From: Nitratidesulfovibrio vulgaris str. Hildenborough
Lineage (GTDB): Bacteria > Desulfobacterota > Desulfovibrionia > Desulfovibrionales > Desulfovibrionaceae
NCBI RefSeq assembly: GCF_000195755.1
Contig: NC_002937.3
Location: forward strand, 3,450,001-3,482,000
DNA: 32,000 nt
Direction: 5' to 3'
Shown: positions 1 through 8,943 of the stretch, in pieces
How positions within the stretch are numbered: position 1 is the first letter of the stretch
Layout: each line of letters begins with the position of its first letter
The notes under the pieces: generated by a model
What the model was told of the DNA's origin: nothing
Seen by the model: the letters and a program-made list of their open reading frames with translations, nothing else
The model's database searches: none
Translations under genes and position numbers: made by a program

Positions 1-127
1 TGTGCTTCGCGCAGGACGACAGGGCACCAGACATGGTGCCATACACTGCGAGGCAGGTGTTTGCCGGACGCCTGGCAGGACGCCTGCCGAGCACATGGCG
101 GGCATACGTCTGGGAATGCATCTGCGA

Positions 128-175
128 CGAGAAACAAGGAAGGGGCGGAGGGGGTGTCGCAACCCTCTCCGCCCC
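128..175 (-). terminator. Candidate intrinsic terminator downstream of the TPR-gene operon
   Basis: Stem GGGGCGGAG (142-150) pairs with CTCCGCCCC (167-175). On the minus strand it is followed by the T-rich run TTCCTTGTTTCTC (141-128). It lies about 50 nt past the TAG at 229-231. Confidence 0.4.
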
Positions 176-228
176 GTTACGGCACTGTGCACGGCACTAC
201 GTGCATTCTTCAGGCGCAGCGATGTGCC

Positions 229-852
229 CTAGCGATGGGCTTCGAGCTCCTTCAGGAACTCGGGGCGCACCTCGAAGCCGTTCTCCATGGCGAGGTCGGC
301 GAACTTCACGGACTTGGCGAAGTCGCCAAGCTCGAAGTAGGCGAGGGCGAGGTTGTTGTAGGCCGGGCCGAAGGAGGGCTCCTTCTTGATGGCCTCGTTG
401 CTGATGTTGATGCAGGCCTCGTAGTCGCCCTCCATGTAGAAGGCCGCGCCCATGGTGGCCATGGCCTGAATGAAGTCGGGCTGCCACTTGAGGGCCTTCT
501 TGAGGGCCGCGATGGCCTTCTCGGGTTCACCGCGCTGCAGGTGCACGAAGCCGATGTTGCTCCACGCCACGGGGAACTTGGGACGCGACTGCGCGGCCTC
601 TTCGTTGTAGCGCAGGCAGCCTTCGAGGTCGCCACGCTGGAGGCAGATGCCGCCAAGCTGCACATAGGCCTCGGCAAGGCGGGGTGAGTTGCGCACGGCG
701 TTGAGGAACGACTCCTCGGCAGCCACGAAATCGCGCTTCGAAAGCAGGGCGAGACCGAGGTTGTAGTGGTGGTTCGCGCAGTTTTCGCTCTGGGCTATCT
801 CGGCCCGCAGGTCGGCAATGTATTCGTCGAGGTCTTCATATCTGGCCTTCAT
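229..852 (-). CDS. Tetratricopeptide-repeat (TPR) protein, 207 aa
   Basis: Track ORF 229..963 trimmed to the ATG at 852 (MKARYEDLDEY...), with AAGGAGGG 8 nt upstream. It has several 34-aa TPR-like units, e.g. AEAYVQLGGICLQRGDLEGCLRYNEEA, PVAWSNIGFVHLQRGEPEKAIAALKKAL and GPAYNNLALAYFELGDFAKSVKFADLA. Confidence 0.8.
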   Translation of the reverse strand: MKARYEDLDEYIADLRAEIAQSENCANHHYNLGLALLSKRDFVAAEESFLNAVRNSPRLAEAYVQLGGICLQRGDLEGCLRYNEEAAQSRPKFPVAWSNIGFVHLQRGEPEKAIAALKKALKWQPDFIQAMATMGAAFYMEGDYEACINISNEAIKKEPSFGPAYNNLALAYFELGDFAKSVKFADLAMENGFEVRPEFLKELEAHR

Positions 853-1228
853 CGACGTGGCCCTCCTTGAGCAGAAGCTTGTAGTACCAGATGCAGAAAT
901 CAAAGATTCCGCGGTACTTCTCGTCCTTGTTGATGATGCCGAGAGCGCTTTCGAGCGCACCACGGCCGTATTCGTTGGAGTAGTCCTTGACCTTGGAGCT
1001 TTGCAGAAATTCGCGGACGAGTTGCTGTGTCGTGCGCTTGGTCACGTCCTGCCGCAGTTCCATCGGGTCGTTGGGCTTCTGGAAGGGGTCCCAGTTTTCG
1101 TAGCCGATGCGGTCGATGAACTTGCGGCGGCGGGGGGCCATCTTCTCGTAGATGGCGCGCTTCTGCTCCTCCTCTTCGGGAGTGAGCACGCGCGGTGTAC
1201 CGTCTCTGTAGATGGAGGCGGATATCAT
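836..1228 (-). CDS. Hypothetical protein, 130 aa (no family recognised)
   Basis: ATG at 1228 with GAGGGA 6 nt upstream. The start shares one base with the upstream stop (TGATG), and its own stop lies 17 nt inside the TPR gene, so this is a tight operon. GC-rich third codon positions are consistent with real coding. Confidence 0.65.
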   Translation of the reverse strand: MISASIYRDGTPRVLTPEEEEQKRAIYEKMAPRRRKFIDRIGYENWDPFQKPNDPMELRQDVTKRTTQQLVREFLQSSKVKDYSNEYGRGALESALGIINKDEKYRGIFDFCIWYYKLLLKEGHVDEGQI

Positions 1229-1896
1229 CAGTCGTCCCTCTTCGGCTTGCCGATGCCGAGGTAGGCGTCGTCGTAGCGGGTGAGAAGCGCCATGGAAACG
1301 GGCACATAGACCTGATGCAGTTCGCTGAAGCGGCTGCCCACGGCCACGGCTATCTCCTTGCTCAGGGCCGCGAGGCGGTCCTGAATCCTGTCCACGGCCA
1401 CGGTGGGGTACTTCTCGCCAGCGCGGAAGGCCGTCTTGCCACAGGTGTGGCCCTTGCCCCCGATGGCGGTGGGAATGCCGTACAGGCGGCAGGTGATGGG
1501 CCGGTGCGCATACAGCACACAGGCGTCGCCCTCGCCAAGCAGCGGACAGCGGACGCGCTCACGGGCGGCCTCGGCGAGGATGTCCTCTGCCGGGCGGCCG
1601 TCTTCCGATTCGCGGTACATGCGACGCTTGATGCGGTAGGCGTGCCTGTCGGCGTCGCTCGCGCGTTCGAGCACAGCGGAGCGCTCGGGGCCGAAGTCGA
1701 AGGAAGCCGCGAACTTGCCGTTCAGATACATGGCCTCGACAAGGCTCAGGTCGAACATGGCATGGCAGCAGTCGCTACAGCCGAGACCGCAGGTCACGCA
1801 GTCGGGGTGCAGCGCACGGACGCGCTCGAACAGGGCGTCTGTCTCTGCCACGAGAGCCTCGTATTGTGCGAAGATGGCCGAAAGGTCGATGTTCAT
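1228..1896 (-). CDS. YkgJ/UPF0153-type cysteine-cluster (putative Fe-S or Zn binding) protein, 222 aa
   Basis: N-terminal CVTCGLGCSDCC cluster plus the downstream CPLL...C.LY..RP..CRLYG segment, as in the YkgJ family. It is the first gene of the 1896->229 operon. Confidence 0.75.
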   Translation of the reverse strand: MNIDLSAIFAQYEALVAETDALFERVRALHPDCVTCGLGCSDCCHAMFDLSLVEAMYLNGKFAASFDFGPERSAVLERASDADRHAYRIKRRMYRESEDGRPAEDILAEAARERVRCPLLGEGDACVLYAHRPITCRLYGIPTAIGGKGHTCGKTAFRAGEKYPTVAVDRIQDRLAALSKEIAVAVGSRFSELHQVYVPVSMALLTRYDDAYLGIGKPKRDD

Positions 1897-2146
1897 TGCG
1901 GTAGTTGCGCTCCTTGGGATGCGGCGCGGGCGTCGGCAGACGCCGACCGGAGGTCGGCCTCGCTGCCATCGGCCATGCGCCGGAACGTGCGACGGGGTGG
2001 GCTGCGCAGGATGCAGCGCGGAACGCCGTCCACAGGGGGACGCGGGCGGCCCCGCTTGCGGGGTGCGTCGAAGGCCCTATGCGAATGCCGCCGGGCGGCG
2101 AGTTGCGTCGTCCGGCGGCACGAAAACGGTGCGGAACGAGTTGCGT

Positions 2147-2335
2147 CTAGTTCTCTTCGACGGTGAGGGCACCGGCTTCACAGACTTCCACGCAGGACTC
2201 GCAGCCGAGGCACTCTTCTTCATTCACGGCAACAGCCTTGCCGTCCTGAAGTTCGTAAACTTCAACGGGGCACACGTCCACGCATTCGCCGTCGCCAGTG
2301 CACTTGTCAGTGTCAACAGTAACAGTCCAACCCAT
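2147..2335 (-). CDS. Small dicluster-type ferredoxin, 62 aa, 7 Cys (predicted [3Fe-4S]+[4Fe-4S])
   Basis: Motifs C12-TG-D15-GE-C18-VDV-C22-P and C42-LG-C45-ES-C48-VEV-C52-E. GGAGGAAGAC lies directly upstream of the ATG at 2335. Confidence 0.9.
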   Translation of the reverse strand: MGWTVTVDTDKCTGDGECVDVCPVEVYELQDGKAVAVNEEECLGCESCVEVCEAGALTVEEN

Positions 2336-2392
2336 GTCTTCCTCCGGGCGTTTTGTTGTGAGCGCCTATGCGCCCCCTTTTCATGATATCAC

Positions 2393-2430
2393 CCTGACAT
2401 GTCAGGAGTAATGTCGCTTAGCATGTCAGG
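2393..2430. promoter_or_regulatory. Perfect 14-bp palindrome CCTGACATGTCAGG plus a third half-site, upstream of the ferredoxin gene; candidate operator
   Basis: CCTGACATGTCAGG at 2393-2406. The half-site CATGTCAGG recurs at 2422-2430, 24 bp away. The sites lie 58-95 bp upstream of the ferredoxin ATG, in a locally AT-richer stretch. Confidence 0.35.
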
Positions 2431-2516
2431 GGCACGTTCAGCACTTGTTCCTGCTGATAGCTTTCGGCCCCAAGGGTGTCAAGCTTTCCGCGCAGAAAGC
2501 CGCTGACCCGCGCCAA

Positions 2517-3869
2517 TCATTGCAGCACGAGCCTTACATGGTAGAGACGCGCCCCCCGCTGCACCTGTATCAGCACCTGCGCGTTCAGCTGATACCGACG
2601 ATAGGCCACCGCGAAATCATCAAGGCTTTCGACCTGACGCGGCCCCACGGCGCGCAGCACGTCACCGCGTGCCAGACCCAGCTGTGCGGCGGGGCTTCCG
2701 GGACGGACTTCGGCGATGACCAGCCCGCCGCGCCCCTGTTGCAGGATGACGCCCCAGCGCTGTGCCGCCAGCCGTTCGGCGTCGGCCCGTCCGAAGATGG
2801 CGGGAACGACCCGCAATTCGCGCTCCTGACCGCCACGCATGATGATGACGCGCAGCACGTCCTTATGGGTGTAGTTGCCCACCAGCAGCAGGTACTCGTC
2901 CTTGCCGCCCACATCGTGCCCGTTGATGGAGAGGATGACATCGCCCGGTTCAAGGCCCACGGTGGCTGCCGGACCGCCTGCGAAGACCTCTGTGACGAGA
3001 AGCCCCGCCACCTTGCCAAGACCGAGCACCGAGGCGGTACGCGGGTCCACGTTCTGTCCGGAGAGGCCAAGCCACACGGGGCTGACGCGCCCCTGTCCCA
3101 GAAGTTCCTCCACCACGCCACGCGCCTTGTCGATGGGGATGGCGAAGCCGATGCCCTCGCCCCGCGCATAGACCGCCGTGTTGATGCCGATGAGTTCGCC
3201 AAGGATATTGAGAAGGGGGCCGCCGCTGTTGCCGGGGTTGATGGCGGCGTCGGTCTGGATGAGGTCGGTGAAGAGCCCGTCCTTGCTGCGGATGGTGCGG
3301 TTGAGGGCGGAGACCACCCCAGTGGTCACGGTGTGCGAAAAACCGAAGGGATTGCCGATGGCGAGCACCGTCTCTCCCGGCATGAGGTCGGCGGAGTGGG
3401 CCATGGGGGCCTCGGGCAGGCGTCCCGCGCCGGCAAGGCGCAGTACCGCGAGGTCGAAGTCCGGGTCTGCGCCCACGAGGTCTGCCGTGAAGGTGCGCCC
3501 GTCAAGCAGCCGCACGGCGATGCTGGTGGCCCCGGCGATGACATGGGCGTTGGTGAGCACGAGCCTGCGCTCTCCGTCGATGATGACCCCAGACCCCAGA
3601 CTGCGCGAGGTGACGCGCTGTTTCGGCAGCCCCGGCGCCAGTTGGTCGAGCATCTCGTCATCGAGGAGTCCCGGCATGGGATTGACGCGGCGCTCCTCCA
3701 CGCGGGCACTGGTGATGTTGACGACAGCGGGCGCCACCCGCTGCACAGCCTGCACCACCGGGGTCACACGCGGGCTGGCAGGGTCCACCGCAGCGAACGC
3801 GACCGGCTGCGAGTCAGGGCCGCCCAGCACACACAGGCATGACAGGCAGATGCACAGCACCCGCAGCAC
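2517..3869 (-). CDS. HtrA/DegP/DegQ-family periplasmic serine protease with two PDZ domains, 450 aa
   Basis: Trypsin-like triad contexts TNAHV (His), DFDLAVLRL (Asp) and GNSGGPLLN (Ser), followed by two PDZ-like segments. Start re-picked to the GTG at 3869, with AGGAGG 6 nt upstream. This gives a signal-peptide-like N-terminus (LRVLCICLSCLCVLGG). Confidence 0.85.
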   Translation of the reverse strand: MLRVLCICLSCLCVLGGPDSQPVAFAAVDPASPRVTPVVQAVQRVAPAVVNITSARVEERRVNPMPGLLDDEMLDQLAPGLPKQRVTSRSLGSGVIIDGERRLVLTNAHVIAGATSIAVRLLDGRTFTADLVGADPDFDLAVLRLAGAGRLPEAPMAHSADLMPGETVLAIGNPFGFSHTVTTGVVSALNRTIRSKDGLFTDLIQTDAAINPGNSGGPLLNILGELIGINTAVYARGEGIGFAIPIDKARGVVEELLGQGRVSPVWLGLSGQNVDPRTASVLGLGKVAGLLVTEVFAGGPAATVGLEPGDVILSINGHDVGGKDEYLLLVGNYTHKDVLRVIIMRGGQERELRVVPAIFGRADAERLAAQRWGVILQQGRGGLVIAEVRPGSPAAQLGLARGDVLRAVGPRQVESLDDFAVAYRRYQLNAQVLIQVQRGARLYHVRLVLQ

Positions 3870-4214
3870 GGCGCGCCTCCTGCTGGCAACTCTCCCGGTG
3901 CGCCGTGCGACAGACCGCAATGGCAGCGATACGACACCCCCTTCAGCAGGCACGCCCCAATCCGTTCGCGGAAGCGGGCCCGACGCACCGGGGCAGGCAC
4001 AGGAAGGCGGGGAGTCTCCGGCAGGGCGGCTACAGGACGCCGGATCATGTGACGACATATGCGGACTGGGCATGGGGGACCTCTTCGCGTATCGGGTGTG
4101 CGTGACCTCTATCCCTTATCCCTATACTGCAAGCCCGACCTGTTGTGAACGCATGGGCGATTGCCAACGCCCCATGCAGACGCTACCTTGCCGCCAAGCA
4201 TCACAGGAGCGACC

Positions 4215-5288
4215 ATGAACCACGAACTGCGTAGCGTCATCGACGCCATCAACCCTGTCGACCAGAGCCTCATGGCTGCTGCACAGGCCCATCTGGACAA
4301 CCTGACCAAACCGCGCGGCAGCCTCGGCAGGCTCGAAGAACTGGCGGCGCGTCTCTATTGCATCGCCGGAGGACGGCGCCCGCTGCGCGTCGACCCGGCC
4401 CGCGTCTTCACCGTGGCGGGCGACCACGGCGTCTCGGCCGAAGGGGTGAGCCCCTTCCCGCAGGAGGTCACCCGACAGATGGTGCTCAACTTCGCCAACG
4501 GCGGGGCTGGCATCAACGTGCTGTGCCGCACGGCGGGCGTCGACCTGCGCGTGGTGGACGCCGGATGCCTTGGCGGACCGTTCCCCGAACACCCCGCACT
4601 CATCCAGCGCAAGGTGGCCGAAGGCACCGCCAGCATCGCCCGTGGCCCCGCCATGAGCCTCGAGACCTGCGAAAAGGCCCTGCTGCTGGGCATCTCGCTT
4701 GCCGAAGAAGCCGCTGCCGACGGTTGCCGCTGCGTTGGCACGGGCGACATGGGCATCTCCAACACCACTCCATCCACCGCCCTCTACTGCGCCTATCTCG
4801 GTCTCGACCCCGCCGATATCACCGGCCCCGGCGCGGGGCTGGCAGGCGAAGCCGTCCGCCACAAGGTCGAGGTCATCCGCCGCGCGCTCGAGGTGAACCG
4901 CCATATCGTGGAGGCAGGCGACCCTGTCGCCACCCTCGCGGCGCTGGGCGGCATCGAAATCGCCACACTGGCGGGGCTGGTCATCGGGGCCGCGCGGCAC
5001 GGCCTCGCCTGTGTCATCGACGGGTTCATCTCCACGGCTGCGTTCACCGCCGCGTGGAAGATATGCCCGGACGTGCGCGGCTACTGCTTTCTGTCCCATG
5101 CCTCGGCCGAACCCGGCTACCGTAGCGTGGTCGATGCGCTCAATGCCCAGCCGCTGCTGCACCTCGGCCTGCGCCTCGGAGAAGGCACGGGCGGGGCACT
5201 CGCCATGTTCCTGATGCGGGCCGCCGCCGACATCTTCAACGACATGGCCACATTCGCCGATGCGGGCGTGAGCGAGGCCGACGACTGA
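4215..5288 (+). CDS. cobT: Nicotinate-nucleotide--dimethylbenzimidazole phosphoribosyltransferase, 357 aa
   Basis: Family-typical sequence: [85 protein letters not shown] at 4215 with AGGAG 5 nt upstream. Confidence 0.9.
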   Translation: MNHELRSVIDAINPVDQSLMAAAQAHLDNLTKPRGSLGRLEELAARLYCIAGGRRPLRVDPARVFTVAGDHGVSAEGVSPFPQEVTRQMVLNFANGGAGINVLCRTAGVDLRVVDAGCLGGPFPEHPALIQRKVAEGTASIARGPAMSLETCEKALLLGISLAEEAAADGCRCVGTGDMGISNTTPSTALYCAYLGLDPADITGPGAGLAGEAVRHKVEVIRRALEVNRHIVEAGDPVATLAALGGIEIATLAGLVIGAARHGLACVIDGFISTAAFTAAWKICPDVRGYCFLSHASAEPGYRSVVDALNAQPLLHLGLRLGEGTGGALAMFLMRAAADIFNDMATFADAGVSEADD

Positions 5289-5424
5289 ACCGCATACGGG
5301 GCAGCCTGCACGGAAAGACTGCACACCCCGCACTGCGGGCAGGGGGAAGGCCGAAGCCGATACCAGCCCGAAGGCGATTCACGCAGATGCACCAACGCCC
5401 ATGCATCCCCATGGAGAACCCGTC

Positions 5425-6410
5425 ATGACACCACTGCTCGAACTGCGTGACGTCTCACGCCACTTCACCGTCCGGCGGGGGTTCTTCGACCCCACACCGC
5501 TGACGCTCAAGGCGGTGGACGGCGTGAGCCTCTCCGTCGACAAGGGCGAGACCCTCGGCCTCGTGGGCGAAAGCGGGTGCGGCAAATCCACGCTGGCACG
5601 GCTGGTCGTACGCCTGCTTGACCCCACGCACGGCGACATCCTGCTCGACGGGGACTCGTTGGTGACCCCCGGCACGAAGGTGCAGACCAGCCTTACCGGC
5701 AGGCTACAGATGGTGTTCCAAGACCCCTCTCATCGCTCGACCCGCGCATGTCGGTGGGCCGCAGCATGGCCGAACCACTGACGGCCTCCGGCCGTTCCTC
5801 CGCAGCCCGGCGCCGCGAACGGGTCGCCGCCATGCTCGACCGGGTGGGCCTGCGACCGGAACACGCCAGCCGCTATCCGCACGAATTCTCCGGCGGGCAA
5901 CGGCAGCGCATCGCCGTGGCGCGGGCCCTCATCAGCAACCCCGACCTCGTGGTCTGCGACGAGGCCGTCTCATCGCTCGACGCCTCTGTACAGGCGCAGG
6001 TGCTGAATCTGCTGCGCGACCTGCAGGACGAGATGGGGCTTGCCTACCTGTTCATCTCCCACGACCTCGGGGTGGTGGGCCACATGAGTGACCGCATGGC
6101 GGTCATGTATCTGGGCAGGGTGGTCGAATACGGCCCCCGCGAAGCACTGCTGCGGACCCCGGCGCACCCCTACACCCGGGCCCTGCTGGCAGCGGCCCCC
6201 GGACGCGACCCTTCGCGCCGGACGCGGCGTCCGGCCCTCTCGGGCGACCTGCCAAGCCCACTCGCCGTGCCTACGGGCTGCCCTTTCCACCCGCGTTGCG
6301 CCGAATCCATCGCCCGATGCACAGACGACGACCCGATATGGCACACGGTGGCGGGAACGGGGCAGATGAGCCACACGGCCCGCTGCCACCTTCTCGCAAG
6401 CGGCTTGTGA
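5425..6410 (+). pseudogene. Oligopeptide/dipeptide-type ABC transporter ATP-binding protein (OppF/DppF-like) interrupted by a 1-nt frameshift
   Basis: Walker [10 protein letters not shown] and ...LQMVFQDP are in frame 1 (ORF 5401..5781). [10 protein letters not shown]..., the signature FSGGQRQR, Walker B LVVCDEAVSSLD and the Opp-type C-terminal HPYTRALL...CPFHPRC are in the next frame (ORF 5748..6410). The junction at 5725-5735 reads CCC-TC-TCA-TCG. One base is missing from the expected Tyr/Phe codon of QDP-Y/F-SSL. Confidence 0.75.
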
Positions 6411-6489
6411 AAAATTGGACTTGACGCTGACGCCGCACCGGAATCATAGTGCCCCTGTCCACGCGACCCACCAAGCAAGGAGAGACACC

Positions 6490-6990
6490 ATGTCCAGCGA
6501 ATTTACCAATGCCGTTCAGGACATCTGCGAAATCCTGATGTTCGAGAACTGGTTGCGGTTCTATTTCATAAAGGAAGGCGAGGGCGACACGCTGACCATC
6601 GAGGTGCCCGAAGCCAGCCTTGCGCGCATCACTGAACAGCACGCCCACCTCGTGCCGCTGGTCGAGGCCCTCAACGGACAGGTCATCGACCACACCACCT
6701 CGCAGCAGGCCGTGTGCACCTACGTGGCCGCCCACGTCGAAGGGCAACGGATGCGTGACGGCGTGCCCGCCACCGTCTTCGGCAGCACCACCTTCCAGAA
6801 CGAGATTCAGCTTTTCGGCGTATGGGTGCAGACCCATGAAGAGCAACTCGACAAGGGGTTCCTCGACTTCGCCACATGGAAGGCCCTGTTCGCCGAATGG
6901 CGCAACTCCGACAAGGTGAAGGCCCAGATTGACGCCGCGCGCGAAGCCAGCACCCGCGCCTCCACCTCTTCCTGCGATACCGTGCAGTAG
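6490..6990 (+). CDS. Hypothetical protein, 166 aa (no family recognised)
   Basis: ATG at 6490 (MSSEFTNAVQD...) with AAGGAGAG upstream. Uniform coding bias. A strong hairpin follows the gene. Confidence 0.7.
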   Translation: MSSEFTNAVQDICEILMFENWLRFYFIKEGEGDTLTIEVPEASLARITEQHAHLVPLVEALNGQVIDHTTSQQAVCTYVAAHVEGQRMRDGVPATVFGSTTFQNEIQLFGVWVQTHEEQLDKGFLDFATWKALFAEWRNSDKVKAQIDAAREASTRASTSSCDTVQ

Positions 6991-7056
6991 GTATCGCGCA
7001 CAGGGCACCATGCGCTCCCACTGTCGTTTCCGCGGAAGGGGTTCCGCGTAGCGTGA

Positions 7057-7085
7057 GGGGCGACCCGGCCAAGCCGGGTCGCCCC
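7057..7085. terminator. 13-bp GC hairpin between convergent genes (candidate bidirectional terminator)
   Basis: GGGGCGACCCGGC-caa-GCCGGGTCGCCCC. There is no clear U-tract on either strand, hence moderate confidence. Confidence 0.45.
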
Positions 7086-7224
7086 TGTCTCATCTCCGCT
7101 ATGTGCTACAATCTCAAGTGGCATGACCGCATGTCGGGCCGCCATCCATGACACGTTCGCGCACGGGTGCAACCCGCTCAAACGACGGACAGAGAGGAAC
7201 GCCCCCCCGCGTCAGCCAAAAGAC

Positions 7225-8124
7225 CTAGCGCGACTCGAACCAGTCACGCACCTCTCCGGTCACACGCAATGCATCAAGCCATCTCCGGGGCAACCACTCG
7301 CCACCGTGGCGCGCGCCCATCAGCATCCCCAGCATGAGCCCGCGCGCGCACGAGTCGCCTCCGCCCATGACATTCTCCACAAGGCCCGTCTCCGGTTCGT
7401 GTTCGTGACGCACCGCCATGTGCACCACCCCGCAGAAGGCGCCCTGCATACCGCATGACTGGCCGAACCTTGCAATGGCAGCAGAGGTATCGGTGCCACC
7501 CGCCATGAGCGCGAACTCCACCCAGTCCTGCGCGGGCAGGGCACCGTAAGGTTCTGACGCGGCCTTGCGCAACGCGTCCTCCATGCCTGCGCCATCAAGC
7601 AGGTACAACGCGGTGCGGGCGAAGAACGCGGCACCGTCGCCGATGACGGGTGCCCCGTGCGTCATGAGCGTCTGCGCACGTGCGGCCTCGACAAGCACAT
7701 CGGGCGCTGCGGCATGGACTGCCAGAAGCGGTGCGATGCGTGAAGCACCGGCGAAGTCGTTGGTGATGGCGCCTGTCGCCGAAGGGGGGCGTCCGGCCCG
7801 GAAGTTCTCGAGCGCGCCCAAGGTCGCCTTGTCCATGTAGCCCTTGTAGTGCGACATCTCCTCGACCCATCTCCGGGCGAAGTCTGCGAGGTCGAAACGC
7901 CCCAGGGCCGACACGGACCTGAAGAGCAACATGGTCTGGTCGCCGTAGTGCGACAGGTCGCCAAGAGCCTTTCCGGCATGGTATCCGCGCCTTCCGGGGG
8001 CGCGCATTTCCGTCATGCGGCCGTATTCCTGAAGGATGTGCTGCTGGTCGTATTCCCAGTGTGCGCCCAGTGCGAGCGAGTCCGCTACGAACGAGGCGAG
8101 TATGGCGGCTTCGATGCGTGTCAT
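7225..8124 (-). CDS. ADP-ribosylglycohydrolase family protein (DraG/ARH-like), 299 aa
   Basis: Family-like features: N-terminal FVADSLALGAHWEYD, central DLSHYGDQTMLL, C-terminal GGGDSCARGLMLGMLMGA (metal-binding D-rich region). ATG at 8124 with AGGAGAA 5 nt upstream. Confidence 0.8.
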   Translation of the reverse strand: MTRIEAAILASFVADSLALGAHWEYDQQHILQEYGRMTEMRAPGRRGYHAGKALGDLSHYGDQTMLLFRSVSALGRFDLADFARRWVEEMSHYKGYMDKATLGALENFRAGRPPSATGAITNDFAGASRIAPLLAVHAAAPDVLVEAARAQTLMTHGAPVIGDGAAFFARTALYLLDGAGMEDALRKAASEPYGALPAQDWVEFALMAGGTDTSAAIARFGQSCGMQGAFCGVVHMAVRHEHEPETGLVENVMGGGDSCARGLMLGMLMGARHGGEWLPRRWLDALRVTGEVRDWFESR

Positions 8125-8280
8125 GTCCGTTCTCCTGTGGGCGGTGAGCGCCCGCAGCCTTCAACGGCGTGGTGCCCCGCAACGGGGCGACGGGATAACG
8201 CGGGGTTGGACTACGGGTCTTGGCGTAACTGTAACATATCCTGCGAAGTCTGTCAGCGTCCGCAAACAGACACCTCCATT

Positions 8281-8412
8281 GCCGGGTGGAAAGGCACGGC
8301 AGGCGTTCGCCCACGGCAGGAGGCACCCCTGTCAGCCCACTGTGCCGACCGTCGCAGCCTCGATTCTGCATCGGCGCTGCAACGGCGAAAGGCCCGGACC
8401 GCTGTCCGGGCC
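8281..8412. repeat. Copy 1 of a ~131-bp direct repeat ending in the hairpin GGCCCGGAC-cgct-GTCCGGGCC
   Basis: Aligns base-for-base with 8510-8640 at roughly 90% identity (about 10 differences by eye). The first 40 nt, GCCGGGTGGAAAGGCACGGCAGGCGTTCGCCCACGGCAGG, are identical. Confidence 0.85.
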
Positions 8413-8509
8413 TGCCAGCGACAGACGACCGCCCCCGATGCGGGGTCGGTGCCACCTCGGCGTCATGCAGCCGATTCATGCTCGCGATGGCGCCAGAGGC
8501 ACGCATGGC

Positions 8510-8640
8510 GCCGGGTGGAAAGGCACGGCAGGCGTTCGCCCACGGCAGGGGGGCCCCTGCCTGCTCACTGTGCCGACCGTTGCAGCCCCGATTCTGCATC
8601 GGCGCTGCAACGGCGAAAGGCCCGGACTGCTGTCCGGGCC
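8510..8640. repeat. Copy 2 of the ~131-bp direct repeat; its hairpin is flanked by AAA and TTT
   Basis: Same element, 229 bp to the right of copy 1. The terminal hairpin AAAGGCCCGGACtgctGTCCGGGCCTTT could act as a weak bidirectional terminator just downstream of the small ORF 8683-8913. Confidence 0.85.
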
Positions 8641-8682
8641 TTTCTGGGGAGGAGGGGCCGGGGGGAGTGCCCCGGCTGGTCA

Positions 8683-8913
8683 TCATCGCTCGCCCGACGA
8701 TGACCTGGCAGAGGAGGGTCGCGTAAGGAGGAGGGCACCGGACCGGGCAAGTCCGGCGAAGAGGCGCTGTGACGTGCGCCAGAAGTCTGCCATGATTTCT
8801 ATGCCTCGACGCTCTGCGGGGGGGAGGTCGAAGAGCATGACGTCCAGAGGGACGGCTATGGCTCGGGCTGCGGGTCGGCCGTTGCCGGTGTATCGTTGGT
8901 TGCGGATGTGCAT
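8683..8913 (-). CDS. Small hypothetical protein, 76 aa
   Basis: ATG at 8913 with AAGGAG 6 nt upstream. A near-consensus sigma54 -24/-12 element lies about 30 nt upstream. Codon third positions are mostly G/C. No family recognised. Confidence 0.45.
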   Translation of the reverse strand: MHIRNQRYTGNGRPAARAIAVPLDVMLFDLPPAERRGIEIMADFWRTSQRLFAGLARSGALLLTRPSSARSSSGER

Positions 8914-8943
8914 CACAGGCTCCTTGTTGCCTGCCTTCTCTAA

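Noticed and set aside
3870-4073. N-terminal 68-aa extension of the HtrA ORF as listed in the track (MPSPHMSSHD...)
   Set aside because: The extension is Pro/Ser/Cys-rich with no RBS. The internal GTG at 3869 has a perfect AGGAGG 6 nt upstream and yields a proper signal peptide.
3990-4214. Possible cobalamin riboswitch upstream of cobT
   Set aside because: I could not find the conserved B12-box/GCCACTG core or the AGGGAA...GGTG elements by eye. Only a generic hairpin is present (about 4152-4178). It would need a covariance-model scan to exclude formally.
4122-5333. 403-aa minus-strand ORF opposite cobT; likewise 21330..22367 (-) opposite the ALDH and 24522..25763 (+) opposite the aromatic permease
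   Set aside because: Shadow ORFs, for the same reasons as above. The sense strands carry diagnostic CobT, ALDH and permease motifs.
8440-8454. Second sigma54-like element between the two 131-bp repeats (minus strand TGGCACcgaccCCGCA)
   Set aside because: The -24 box and spacing fit, but the -12 region lacks the TT of TTGC. With no supporting upstream sites I left it as an observation only.
8281-8640. CRISPR array
   Set aside because: There are only two copies. The units are 131 bp long and the spacer is 97 bp. That is far outside CRISPR repeat/spacer geometry, and there are no cas genes in the window.
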